Below, one piece after another: positions 10,583 through 25,412 of a stretch of 64,000 nucleotides of DNA. The first letter of the stretch is position 1. The number at the start of each line of letters is the position of its first letter. The notes beneath the pieces are model-generated. The model was given only the letters and a program-made list of their open reading frames with translations, was not told the origin of the DNA and made no database searches. The stretch comes from an uncultured Acidobacteriota bacterium (GTDB lineage: Bacteria > Acidobacteriota > Vicinamibacteria > Vicinamibacterales > Fen-181). The stretch lies in assembly GCA_963744445.1 (NCBI GenBank), contig CAVUTP010000015.1, positions 17,744 through 81,743 of the forward strand. The letters are read 5' to 3'. A program made the translations under genes and the position numbers.

Positions 10583-11668
10583 CTACTTCGTTCCTGAGGC
10601 TGCCGGCCCCAAGGCGGGCATCTTCCCCTGCGACTCGACGATGCGCTTGGCGATCAGGTTCTCCACGACGGCGCCGTTCCGGATCGTGCCGAGGAACGCC
10701 GCTCTCAAAAGCTGCTCGCGGCGGTCGCGCAGCGCCTGGCTGATCGCGGCCTTCACCTCGGGCATGCCCGGGTCCTTCTGGCCGGCCGCGTCTTTGCCCA
10801 AGACCGTGACCACGGTGTAGCCGCCGTTGAGGTTCACGACTCGCGCCGAACCGGGCGAGAGCTTGAGCACGGTGTCGCGCAGCGGCGGAGGGGCTTTCTG
10901 CAGGGCCGACAGCGGCACGAAGCCGAGGTCCCCGCCGCGCGCGGCCGTTTCGGGGTCCTCGGAGAACTCCGCGGCGACATTCTGGAACGACGCCCCGGTC
11001 TTGAGCCGCTCCATCACCATTTGCACCTTGGCCGCGGCCTCCTGGGGGGTCGTCGCGTCGTTGCGGCTGGCCGCCTGGGCGTCCCGGACGGGGGTGATGA
11101 CGATCTGCGCGATGCGGTACGCGTCCTCCGTGCGGTTGAACTGCGCGCGGTTCGCCTCGAAGAACGCCGTGATGTCCTGGTCGGTGACGGTGACCTTCGA
11201 CGAGATTTCGCGTTCGAACAGCTTCTGCACCAGCAGATCGCGCCGCAGCCCCTCCCGCATGTCGCCGGCCGTCAGGTTCCGCTGGGTCAGTTCCCGCTGG
11301 AAGGCCTCGTCGGGGATGTTCTTGCGGGCCTCGAGATACGCGGCGTCGAGCTCGCTGGCCTGCACCTCGATCTTCAGTTCGCCGGCCTTCGCGAGCAACA
11401 GCTCCTGGGCGATGATCTCGTCGAGCAGCGCAAGCTTCGCCGCGGCGGCCTCCTCCTCGGACGGGGCCTGAGGGGCCTGGGTATTGCGGCGGTACGCTTT
11501 CTCCACCGCCTCACGGGTGATCTCGCGGCCGTTCACCACCGCCCACGCGTCGGCCGACACGGGCGGGGCAGCCGGTTTCGATTGACACCCCAAACCAAGG
11601 GCGGCAAGCGCGAACGTGGAGAAGAAGGCCAGGCGGCAGCGCCGGACAGCAGGCAGCACGATGATCAT
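10583..11668 (-). CDS. SurA N-terminal/PpiC rotamase lipoprotein
   Basis: Lipobox-like LGLGC, WAVVNGREIT, YRIAQIVI, FQNVAAEFSED..ARGGDLG. Confidence 0.85.
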   Translation of the reverse strand: MIIVLPAVRRCRLAFFSTFALAALGLGCQSKPAAPPVSADAWAVVNGREITREAVEKAYRRNTQAPQAPSEEEAAAAKLALLDEIIAQELLLAKAGELKIEVQASELDAAYLEARKNIPDEAFQRELTQRNLTAGDMREGLRRDLLVQKLFEREISSKVTVTDQDITAFFEANRAQFNRTEDAYRIAQIVITPVRDAQAASRNDATTPQEAAAKVQMVMERLKTGASFQNVAAEFSEDPETAARGGDLGFVPLSALQKAPPPLRDTVLKLSPGSARVVNLNGGYTVVTVLGKDAAGQKDPGMPEVKAAISQALRDRREQLLRAAFLGTIRNGAVVENLIAKRIVESQGKMPALGPAASGTK

Positions 11669-11819
11669 CCGCCTATTCTACGCGCGGGGACAGCACTGTC
11701 ATTTGTTGATTTCTTGAGTTGTTGATCTGTTGATTTGATTGGGTGATTTAGTGATTGGTGTTGGGTGTTTGGATGTTCAGCGCAGGCGCGAGGGCAGGCT
11801 CAACTGGATAAGGCCAAAG

Positions 11820-12299
11820 TCATAGCCCTTTCATTCTCCGGATCATCCCGGTGGTGGAGTACCCCTCCGCGAAGCGGATCCGCACCACCTTCCCGCCCCG
11901 CGCCTCGACGATGTCGCGGCCAATGATGCGGTCCGCGGCCCAGTCGGCGCCCTTGACGAGCACGTCGGGCTGAACGGCCGAGATGATCGCGTGGGGATCG
12001 TCCTCGTCGAAGACGACCACCGCGTCCACGCAGGCCAGCGCGGCGAGGACCTCGGCGCGGTCGCGCTCGTTGTTGATGGGGCGCGACGGCCCCTTGATCG
12101 CGTGCACCGACCGGTCGGAATTGACAGCGACGATCAGCGCGTCGCCCTGCGCCCGCGCCTCCTGCAGGTAGCGCACGTGCCCCGGGTGGAGCAGATCGAA
12201 CACACCGTTGGTGAAGACGATGCGCTCGCCCCCGGCCCTTCGGGCTGCCGCCCACTCGGCCGCCGCTTCGCGATTCAGGACAGGGGCAAAGGGGGTCAT
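11820..12299 (-). CDS. rfaE2: D-glycero-beta-D-manno-heptose 1-phosphate adenylyltransferase
   Basis: [37 protein letters not shown]; start MTPFAPV at 12299. Confidence 0.92.
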   Translation of the reverse strand: MTPFAPVLNREAAAEWAAARRAGGERIVFTNGVFDLLHPGHVRYLQEARAQGDALIVAVNSDRSVHAIKGPSRPINNERDRAEVLAALACVDAVVVFDEDDPHAIISAVQPDVLVKGADWAADRIIGRDIVEARGGKVVRIRFAEGYSTTGMIRRMKGL

Positions 12300-12301
12300 C
12301 G

Positions 12302-13717
12302 TCACTTGTTGATCTTCTGACTTGTAGATTTGTTGATTGATTGGTTGATTAGCTGATTTGTTGATTGGCGATCTACAGATTTCAACCTTACATTCTCCGA
12401 GAACTCCCAGGTGTGGCGGGGCCGGTGGATGCCCACGTCCTTGATGCGCGACTTCACCCGGAACGTGTAGAGCGACCGGTGGTAGTCGTAGGGCGCGCCG
12501 TCGCGGCGGTGGGCGGCGACGTCCAGCTTGTAGGTGCCCTCCACCAGGTCGAGGCCGTCGATCCGGAAGGTCACGGTGCCCTCTCCCTCGATCGACACGG
12601 GCAGGAACTCCTCGATGTCGGTGTTCGTGCCGTAGACGCAGAGGCCCTCGGCATTGAAGAGGCCGACGCCGAAGACGAAGTCCTTGACCTCCCGCAGGGC
12701 GCGGACGCGCAGGCGCACGGCGGCGGGCTCGCCCGACTGGAACACGTGCCTCATTTCGCCGGCCGCGTCGAGCAGCGCGACGTCGATGATCTCCACGTCG
12801 CGCGTGCCCCACCGCCCGTCGGTCGGCTTGTTCGGATCGACGGCCGGCTCCTGGCCGCCCGCCTCCGACGCGGCCTGGGGCTCGGCGGCCGGCATCGGCG
12901 GCGCCTCGCCGCCCGACGTCTGCGCCGCCACGCGCGCCTTCGCGTCCGCCGCCGCGAGGTGCTTCTCCTCGGACTTCGCCACGTCGGAAATGTAGGCCGA
13001 CACGACGCGGCGCGGGTCGCCCTCGCCGCGGATGCGCCCGGCGTCGAGCCAGAGCACCTCGTCGCAGAACTTCTCCACGAGGTTCAGCGAGTGCGTGACG
13101 AGGAGGACGGTCTTGCCGCGCTTCCTGAACTCCGCGAACTTGTCGAGGCACTTGTGCGTGAACGACTCGTCGCCGACGGCCAGAACCTCGTCTATCAGGA
13201 GCACGTCGGGGTCCACGTTGATGGCCACGGCAAACCCGAGGCGCATGTACATGCCAGACGAGTAGGTCTTCACCGGCGCGTCGATGAAGTCCTGCAGCTC
13301 GGCGAACTCCACGATCTCGTCGAAGCGTTTGGCCACCTCGCGCTTCGACAGGCCGAGCATGATGCCGTTGATGAAGACGTTCTCGCGTCCGGAGATCTCG
13401 GGGTGGAAGCCGGCGCCCAGCTCGATGAGCGCGGAGATGCGGCCCTTCACGTCCACGGTGCCCTCGGTCGGCTTGGTGATGCCGGCCACGAGCTTGAGCA
13501 TGGTGCTCTTGCCCGACCCGTTGCGGCCGATGATCCCGTAGGTTGCGCCGGTCTTCACGCGGAAGGAGACGTTCTTGACGGCGGCAAAGGTCTCGTCGGG
13601 GCGCAGGTCGCGCAACACGGTGCCCGACAGCAGCGCGCTCTTCAGCGTGGCGAACTGCCGCCGGTTCCCGAACCGCCGGTAGACTTTCGTAACGCCTGTG
13701 GCTTCTATGGCGAACAT
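12302..13717 (-). CDS. wzt: Polysaccharide ABC exporter ATP-binding subunit with Wzt_C domain
   Basis: [42 protein letters not shown]; C-terminal Wzt_C-like domain. Confidence 0.9.
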   Translation of the reverse strand: MFAIEATGVTKVYRRFGNRRQFATLKSALLSGTVLRDLRPDETFAAVKNVSFRVKTGATYGIIGRNGSGKSTMLKLVAGITKPTEGTVDVKGRISALIELGAGFHPEISGRENVFINGIMLGLSKREVAKRFDEIVEFAELQDFIDAPVKTYSSGMYMRLGFAVAINVDPDVLLIDEVLAVGDESFTHKCLDKFAEFRKRGKTVLLVTHSLNLVEKFCDEVLWLDAGRIRGEGDPRRVVSAYISDVAKSEEKHLAAADAKARVAAQTSGGEAPPMPAAEPQAASEAGGQEPAVDPNKPTDGRWGTRDVEIIDVALLDAAGEMRHVFQSGEPAAVRLRVRALREVKDFVFGVGLFNAEGLCVYGTNTDIEEFLPVSIEGEGTVTFRIDGLDLVEGTYKLDVAAHRRDGAPYDYHRSLYTFRVKSRIKDVGIHRPRHTWEFSENVRLKSVDRQSTNQLINQSINKSTSQKINK

Positions 13718-13898
13718 GATGTCCTACGATTGGCGTCTGCCCCGGCGTTCGCTTGTGTTGACGGCGAGGCTGTTGTGTTCGCGGGTCCTGCCGCCGTTTT
13801 CCCCCACGGCACCCCAGCGCGGCTGCCGCGCCGGGGACCCCGCCCGGCTTCCCTCGAACAGCCTGATCCCCGATCCCTGACCCCCGATCCCTGTTCTG

Positions 13899-14696
13899 TC
13901 ACACTTCCTCAGCGAACGAGTCCCGGAGCCGGTCGAACAGGAAGTAGCCCAACAGGAAGAGAACGACGCTGCAGGCGCCGAGGACCAGCAGCCAGAACCA
14001 GTGCCCGACGGGCCCCGGGTAGAACAGGATCTCCTGGTACGTGATCGCGAGGTGCGTGAACGGGTTCAGGTTGAGCAGCGTCTTGCCCCACGGCTGCTTG
14101 TCGAACAACTTCATCTCGTAGATGATCGGCGTCGAGAAGAACCAGAAGGTCATCAGGTTGCCGAGGATGTCCTTGACGTCGCGGAAGTGCACGGTCAGCG
14201 CGGAGAGGATGAGCGCGAAGCCGAGGGTGAGGACGAACTGCACCAGCAGGGCGACGGGGAACCACACCAGGCCGGCCGGGTCGGGGATCTTGTTGTAGGC
14301 GACGAGAAAGATCGCGAGGATCGGCAGGCCCAGGAGGAAGTGCACGCCGTTGGCCAGCACCGTGACGATGGGCAGCACCTCCGCCGGGAAGAGGACCTTC
14401 TTGATCAGGTTCCCGCCGGAGATCAGCACGTTGGACGACTCGAGCAGCGACGAGGAGAACCAGGTCCAAGGCAGGATGCCGGAGAAGAGGAAGATCGCGT
14501 ACGGGTAGGTGTCGGGCGATCGATTGGGCAGTATCACCGAGAAGACGAACGAGTAGACCAGCAGCAGCAGCAGCGGGTTGATGAACGACCAGAAGAAGCC
14601 GAGCACGGACCCGCGGTAGCGCGCCTTCAGCTCGCGGGCGACGAGGCTCTGGATCAGCGGACGGTAACGGAGCAGGGATTTCAGGTTGTGGAACAC
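13899..14696 (-). CDS. wzm: Polysaccharide ABC-2 exporter permease
   Basis: RELKARYRGSVLGFFWSFINPLL, LIKKVLFP, FRDV, LNP; hydrophobic; adjacent to wzt. Confidence 0.9.
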   Translation of the reverse strand: MFHNLKSLLRYRPLIQSLVARELKARYRGSVLGFFWSFINPLLLLLVYSFVFSVILPNRSPDTYPYAIFLFSGILPWTWFSSSLLESSNVLISGGNLIKKVLFPAEVLPIVTVLANGVHFLLGLPILAIFLVAYNKIPDPAGLVWFPVALLVQFVLTLGFALILSALTVHFRDVKDILGNLMTFWFFSTPIIYEMKLFDKQPWGKTLLNLNPFTHLAITYQEILFYPGPVGHWFWLLVLGACSVVLFLLGYFLFDRLRDSFAEEV

Positions 14697-14840
14697 GCGG
14701 TGGAATCTCGAAAGGCTTCAGGCTTCTGGCTTCGGGCTCTAGAGCGGCCAAAGGTCTCGGGCTTCAGGCTGTTGGGCCTCGAGCCCGGCCTCGTGCTGGA
14801 GCCGAAGCCTCCGGCCTCTCCAGAGCCTGAAGCCTGGAGC

Positions 14841-17869
<3,029 letters not shown>

Positions 17870-17951
17870 TCACAAGTCCGAGTCTGAACTCGCAAGTCCG
17901 AGTCAGCGGGTCTTTGTCAGCGGTCCGCATCGTGCATTCTGCACTTTGCAC

Positions 17952-18825
17952 TTAGAGCGCCTGCGCCCCCGAGACCACCTCGATGATCTCCCGCGTGATG
18001 GCCGCCTGGCGGATCTTGTTCATCGTAGAGGGTCAGGCCATCGATGACCTCGCCCGAGTTCTTCGTGGCGTTGTCCATCGCCACCATCTGCGCGGCGTTC
18101 TGCGCGGCCACCGACTCGAGCAGCGCGTGGAACACCTGCACCTCGACGTGCCGCGGCAGCAGCGCGTCGAAGATCTCCTGCGCCGAGGGCAGGTAGAGGT
18201 AGTCGACGCGCGCCGTGGCCGGGTCCTCGCCTGCCAGGTCGGCCGCCGGGATCGGCAGCAGCTGCTCGATCACGATGCGCTGCTGCAGCACCGACTTGAA
18301 CTCGTTGTAGGCGAGGTAGACCGCGGTCACCTCCTCGCTCGTGAACGCGTCCATCGCCTCCTTGGCGATCTCCTGCGCGTGCGAGTAGTCCAGGCGCACC
18401 AGGAAGTTCACCATCTCGAAGCGGACCGGGAAGCCGCGGCGCGTGAAGAAGTCGCGCCCTTTGCGGCCCACCAGGCCCAGCGTGCACTCGCGGTCCGTCT
18501 GCTCGCCGATGAAGTTGCCGGCCGCGCGAATGATGTTCGCGTTGAAGCTGCCGCACATCCCCTTGTCGGAGGTCAGCACGATCACGAGGATGCGCGACCC
18601 GGGCGCCGGCTCGGGGTGCGCCAGCAGCGGGTGCCTGGAGGGGTCCACGCGGGAGGCCACGTGGCGCAGGACCTCGAGCGCGTGCCGCGCGAGCGGCCGC
18701 GCGTTGAGGATGCGCTCCTGCGACTTGCGCAGCTTCGACGCCGCGACCATCTTCATGGCCTTGGTGATCTGCTGCGTCGATTTCACCGCACGAATGCGGC
18801 GCCGGATGTCGATCAGAGACGGCAT
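17952..18825 (-). CDS. atpG: ATP synthase F1 gamma; apparent frameshift near 18025
   Basis: IRRRIRAVKSTQQITKAMKMVAA, TSDKGMCGSFN, AMDNATKN; RQAAITREIIEVVSGAQAL* in a shifted frame. Confidence 0.96.
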
Positions 18826-18904
18826 GTCAAAACGCTCACGGCTATCGGCTCACGGCTCAGGGCCTGTCACGCGTGCACTCTGCACTTTGCACTCTGCATT
18901 GCGG

Positions 18905-20434
<1,530 letters not shown>

Positions 20435-20564
20435 ATCGCTTCGCAATTCACCTGGTGGAGGTCACCTGTCACTTGGCAATTGACCACTTGGCCATTCTCT
20501 ATTTGAACTTGACCATATCCGACTCAAATAGACAGTCGCCAAGTAGACAATCGTCAAGTGGCGG

Positions 20565-21105
20565 CTACGCGGTCAACGTTTCCCTGATCCTCTCCAGCTG
20601 CCGGCGCACGCTGCCGTCGTACACCACGCTCCCGATTCGCGTCACGATGCCGCCGATGAGCCCGGGGTCCACGGCCGTCGTCATGGTCACGGTCCGGCCG
20701 GTCTTCTCGGCAATCGTCTTGCGCAGCGCCTCGGCCCGGTCGGCGGGCAGCGCGACGGCCGACGTCACATCGGCGCGGATCACCTGCTGGTAGTCCATCA
20801 GCCGCCGGCTGGTACTCGTCGAGCAGGTCGGGCAGCAGCACCAGCCGATCGCGCTGGGCGAGCAACGAGAGGATTCGCGCGACGGGCCCCGAGAGCTCCA
20901 TGCGGTCCAGCAACTGCGCGACCAGCGCGGACTTGCGCGTCACGGGCACGCCGGGGCTCGTCAACACGCGCGCGAGCGTCTCGTGGGACCCGACCAGCGA
21001 CACGAACGCCGTGAGGTCGCGTTCGGCGGCCTGAGGGTCGCCCTCGACGCGGCTCACGTCGAGAAGCGCGCGCGCGTACCGGGTGGCTGAACTGCGGTTG
21101 CTCAT
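20565..21105 (-). CDS. atpH: ATP synthase F1 delta; apparent frameshift near 20805
   Basis: ATRYARALL N-terminus; VDPGLIGGIVTRIGSVVYDGSV C-terminus. Confidence 0.93.
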
Positions 21106-21232
21106 TCTGCTCCAGCGATCACGGTTGACGGCTCAGGGTTGAGGGTGCGGCACGCGTGACAGCGTGGTCTGCTGTCCACCGACCACTGTCCACTGTCCAC
21201 CCACTGGCTACCAGCTAGTTCCCCGCGCCGAC

Positions 21233-22018
21233 TTACGGCCCCCCCACCTGCGCCAGGTACCGATCCACGAGCCGCACCTGGTCGGCGTCGGTGATCGTCC
21301 GGCGCACGCGCTCGGTGGCGACGTTCACGGCAAGCTCGCCGGCGCGCTTCAACAGCATCCGTTCGGCGGTGCGCACCTGCGATTCCACCTCGCGCCGCGC
21401 CTGGTCGATCAGCCGCTGGCGCTCGGCCTCGGTCGCTTCGCGCATCCGGGCCTGCTCGGCGGTGGCTTCCGCCGTCCCGCGCCGCTTCAGCGCGTCGATC
21501 TCCGATGGCAGCGCCTTCAGCCGCTCGTCGATCTTCGCCATCTGCGCGGAGGCCTCGTCGCGCATCTGCCGCGCGTTCGCGAGGTCCGACCGGATCCGCA
21601 CCGCGCGGTTCTTGAGGTAGTCCGCGAACGGGGACCGCAGCAGGTAGACGAGCCCGCCGGCGAGCACCGCGAAGTTGAAGATCTTGCCGATCAGGCCCCA
21701 GGGTGATGCGGCCTCGTGCTCGCCCTCGGCCTTGTGAGCTTCTCCTTGCGCGGCATGCGCACCCTCTTGCGGTGGGGTGTGCGCCGGCTGCTGCGCCACC
21801 GCCTGGGCGCCGCCTTCGGGCGCCGGCGTCTGCGCGGCCTGCGCGGCGGGGGCGTGCGCGGGTTCCGCCTGGAGTGCGGCGGCCTGCGGGGTCACGAGGA
21901 TCCACGCCGCGATGGCAAGCAGCGCGAGCACTGCCGCCCTTCGGCGCGGCTCGGCAAGGCCCGGGCGTCTCCGCAGGGCTGGACGTTGCAGCGAAGCCGG
22001 TGAGGGTGTGGCCGTCAA
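21233..22018 (-). CDS. atpF: ATP synthase F0 subunit b with extended N-terminus (start uncertain)
   Basis: KIFNFAVLAGGLVYLLRSPF..RAVRIRSDL coiled coil; position in the operon. Confidence 0.85.
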   Translation of the reverse strand: MTATPSPASLQRPALRRRPGLAEPRRRAAVLALLAIAAWILVTPQAAALQAEPAHAPAAQAAQTPAPEGGAQAVAQQPAHTPPQEGAHAAQGEAHKAEGEHEAASPWGLIGKIFNFAVLAGGLVYLLRSPFADYLKNRAVRIRSDLANARQMRDEASAQMAKIDERLKALPSEIDALKRRGTAEATAEQARMREATEAERQRLIDQARREVESQVRTAERMLLKRAGELAVNVATERVRRTITDADQVRLVDRYLAQVGGP

Positions 22019-22022
22019 GGGG

Positions 22023-22448
22023 TTACGACGCCTTTCGGCCGAGGACGCGTTCGACGATGGACTCGCCGAGCGCATCGGCCTCTCTCTCGAGGCGCGCGCG
22101 CGCCTCGTCGGCCTGGGCCTTCACGCGGGCGCCCGCCTCGGCAACGGTGGCGTCCACTTCCTCGCGGGTCCTGGCCATCAACTCGACGCGCTGCTCCGCC
22201 GCGCGCCGGCGGTTCTCGTCCATCTCGCGGTAGACCTCGGCCTGCGCCGCGCGTGTGGTCCGCTCGAACTCGGCGGCGGCCTCGCGGGCGCGTTCCGCAG
22301 CGGCCTGTGCCATCTGCTGCGCCGACTTGATGGCCGCCTCGCGCTCGGCCATCACGCGCCCGAGCGGCCGGAAGAGGCCGCGGTCGAGCACGACGATGAA
22401 CAGCAGCACGATGACGATGACGGCGAAGACGGCTAAGCCGGGCAGCAC
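22023..22448 (-). CDS. ATP synthase F0 subunit b'
   Basis: TM helix, LFRPLGRVMAERE, Ala/Glu/Arg coiled coil; first gene of the operon. Confidence 0.85.
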   Translation of the reverse strand: MLPGLAVFAVIVIVLLFIVVLDRGLFRPLGRVMAEREAAIKSAQQMAQAAAERAREAAAEFERTTRAAQAEVYREMDENRRRAAEQRVELMARTREEVDATVAEAGARVKAQADEARARLEREADALGESIVERVLGRKAS

Positions 22449-22819
22449 CTGCGAGATCCTCCACCCGGACGCGTCGCCCGCGGCGCGGCCGGCTCGATGG
22501 CGGACGAGGGCAAAGGTTGCAAAAACATGAATTTATACCATGCGAGGCTGAATGGTGGCTAGCTTGCAAAATCGACAGGGGGTGGGTCCGGCCTGGCGTG
22601 ACTCAAACAGAAGCGCCGGGGCAAGACGAACCCGAGGCGTGGCGTAAGGAGCGCGGCGCAGGGCCGCCGCCTGGGGCGCTCCGCGCCCGCCCCGTGCCGG
22701 ATTCTCCGGCCGCCTCCTGGGTGCGGGTGGCGCTCGCCCGCTCACCCGCTGTCCTGCCAAAGAAACGGGCCGGCGACTCACCGTCGGTGATCTGCAAGAC
22801 CGGGTCGGGAGACTCTCGA

Positions 22820-23479
22820 GTAAGCATCCCCCGGCAGAGCCGGGGGCATTACAAATGTGAGCCGCTCAAAGCGGCATGAGGGGGTCGCTAACGCGACCCC
22901 GCCGTTTGGGGCCACCTGACGGTGGCCATCATCTCCACAGCGCCAGTTGGTCCAAGCGGTTGTCCTCCGTCTCCTGCCGCTTGATGTACTCGCGGATGAC
23001 GGCCTCGTCACACCCGACCGTCGACACGAAGTATCCCCGCGCCCAGAAATGCTCGCCCACAAGTTGCGCTTTCGTTCTCCGTACACCCGGGCCAAGTGGA
23101 TGGCGCTCTTCCCCTTCATGAACCCGATCACCTGCGCCACCGCATACTTCGGCGGGATCGCGATCAGCATGTGCACGTGGTCGGCCAGCAGATGCCCTTC
23201 CTCAATGCGGCTCTCCTTCTGCTTGGCCAACGCCCGGAACACTTCCACCAGGTGTTTTCGCAGCTGCCCGTAGAGGACTTTGCGCCGACACTTCGGAATG
23301 AAGACGACGTGATACTTGCAGTCCCAAACCGAGTGGTTCAGACTCGCGAGTGTGTCCATCGTGAAGCTTCCTTTCGTGTGCTTGGCGGCTCACGGTCGGA
23401 AGTATCCACATGGACACACTCCCTTACACGTCAAACTTCTACTGCCTCCCCGGCAGAGCCGGGGGGCCTCCCTCTTTAG
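22820..23479 (-). mobile_element. IS200/IS605-family element (tnpA only), 660 bp
   Basis: Matching subterminal hairpins CCCCGGCAGAGCCGGGG at 22828-22846 and 23448-23464; empty site GACTCTCGA|CTAGCGG seen in sister repeats; no target duplication. Confidence 0.92.
22929..23359 (-). CDS. tnpA: Y1 (HUH) transposase TnpA; 1-nt frameshift near 23062
   Basis: CKYHVVFIPKCRRK, ADHVHML (HUH), KGKSA; FWARGYFVSTVG...YIKRQ in a shifted frame. Confidence 0.93.
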
Positions 23480-24234
23480 CTAGCGGTCCTCCCACGTCTC
23501 CCGACCCTCATGGTTGCGCGACGTGGGTCGCTCGCCCCGTTTCTTCTACCCTGCCGGGGGTCGCAGCCCACGGGTTCGCTTGGCGAGCACCACCCACCCT
23601 GACGGCGGCCGCTCCGCCGATGCGCCCCGCTCCGCCACGGCACGGATCTGCGGCGCCTGGGTGCGGGTGGCGCTCGCCCGCTCACCCGCTGTCCTGCCAA
23701 AGAAACGGGGCGGCGACTTACCGTCGGTGGTCTGCAAGACCGGGTCGGGAGACTCTCGACTAGCGGTCCTCCCACGTCTCCCGACCCTCGTGTTTGCGCG
23801 ATGTTGGTCGCTCGCCCCGTTTCTTCTACCCTGCCGGGGGTCGCAGTCAATGGGTTCGCTTGGCGAGCGCCACCCACCCCTAACGGCGGCCGCTCCGCCG
23901 ATGCGCCCCGCTCCGCCTACGGCACGGCCTGCGGCGCCTGGGGCGGGTGGCGCTCGCCCGCTCACCCACTGCCCTGCCAAAGAAACGGGGCGGCGACTCA
24001 CCGTCGGTGGTCTGCAAGACCGGGTCGGGAGACTCTCGACTAGCGGTCCTCGCACGTCTCCCGACCCTCGTGTTGCGCGACGTGGGTCGCTCGCCCCGTT
24101 TCTTCTACCCTGCCGGGGGTCGCAGTCCACGGGTTCGCTTGGCGAGCACCACCCACCCCTGACGGCGGCCGCAGGCCGTGCCGTAAGAGGAGCGGGCGAA
24201 TCAGCGCAGGGGCGGCGGGCGGCGGCGGGCAACT

Positions 24235-25269
24235 TCAGGCGACGATGACGGCGGCAGAACCGCGCGGGACCGCGACGCCCACGCGCGAGGCGACCAACCC
24301 CGCGGCGGCGAACGCGGTTTGGGCCGCATCCGCTTGCGACGGGTCCACGGCGGCCAGGAGGCCGCCCGAGGTCTGCGGGTCGAATAGCACCGCCGCAAGT
24401 TCCGGTGTCAGGCTCGGCGCGAGGTCGGCGGTCGCCGCAAAGTGCTCTTCATTCGTCTTCATCCCGCCGGACCGGTTGCCCCGGGCCAGGGCCAGCACGC
24501 CCGGAATCAGCGGGACCGAAGCCGCCCTGACGCTCAGAGTGACGCCACTACCCTGCGCCATCTCGGTCGCATGGCCGATGAAGCCAAAGCCCGTGATGTC
24601 CGTGCACGCGTGGACGCTGCCGGGCGGCAGCGTGCGCAGCGCGGCGGCGGCGGCGCGGTTCAGCGTCACCATCACCTCGACCGCGGCATCCTCGGTGTCC
24701 TTCGGCGCACGCCCGAACTTGACCGCCGTCGCGACAACGCCCGTTCCGAGCGGCTTCGTCAGGAACAGCACGTCGCCAGGCCGCGCCCCAGCATTCGTCC
24801 ACACGTCGCGCGGCGAGACGACGCCGGTGACCGCGTAGCCGAACTTGATCTCGGGGTCCTGCACGGTGTGCCCGCCGAGCAGCGCGACGCCCGCCTCGCG
24901 CAGCACGTGCAGGCCGCCGAGGAAGATCTCGCGAATGGTCTCGGGCTCGATGTCCTTGGGGAACCCCGCGACGGCGAGCGCGGTCAGCGGCGTGCCGCCC
25001 ATCGCGTAGACGTCGCTGAGCGCGTTGGCCGCGGCGATGGCACCGTAGGTCGCCGGGTCGTCCACGATCGGCGTGAAGAAATCGACCGTCTGCACCAGCG
25101 CCCGGTCCTCATCCCACTTGTACACACCCGCATCGTCCGCGGTCCGGTAATCGATGAGGACGCGGTCGTCGGAGGGTGCCGGCATGTCGCCCAGGACCTG
25201 GGCGAGCTCGCCCGCGGCGAGCTTGCTGGCTCAACCCGAGCAGGAAACCATCTCGGTCAGACGCTTCAT
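24235..25269 (-). CDS. selD: Selenide,water dikinase SelD (selenoprotein; Sec at codon 13)
   Basis: ATG 25269 reads MKRLTEMVSCSG-UGA(25231-25233)-ASKL in frame with DDAGVY, VQTVDFFTPIVDDP, ANALSDVYAMGG, DPQTSGGLL. Confidence 0.95.
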
Positions 25270-25412
25270 GGGTCCTTCGCTGTCACTTGGCAACCTGGCA
25301 ACTGTCCATTTGCCAAGTGGTCAATCGTCAACTGGCCAACTGACTTGTCGGTCCTGGCAACTTCGCAACTGTCCATTTGCCAAGTGGTCAATTGACACCT
25401 TGCCACCTGACG

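Larger units (their letters stand above)
22716..24200 (-). repeat. Tandem array of three structured repeat units (C, D, E), period 280 bp; unit C interrupted by the IS
   Basis: The G(T/G)GCGGGTGGCGCTCGCCCG anchor recurs at 22721, 23661 and 23941; 940 - 660 (IS) = 280. Confidence 0.92.

Noticed and set aside
22820-22928. tnpB/omega-RNA system in the IS
   Set aside because: Only about 110 nt lie between the tnpA stop and the right end, and there is no TnpB or IscB ORF
22716-24200. Repeat array as CRISPR
   Set aside because: Units are 280 bp with no unique spacers, and there are no cas genes
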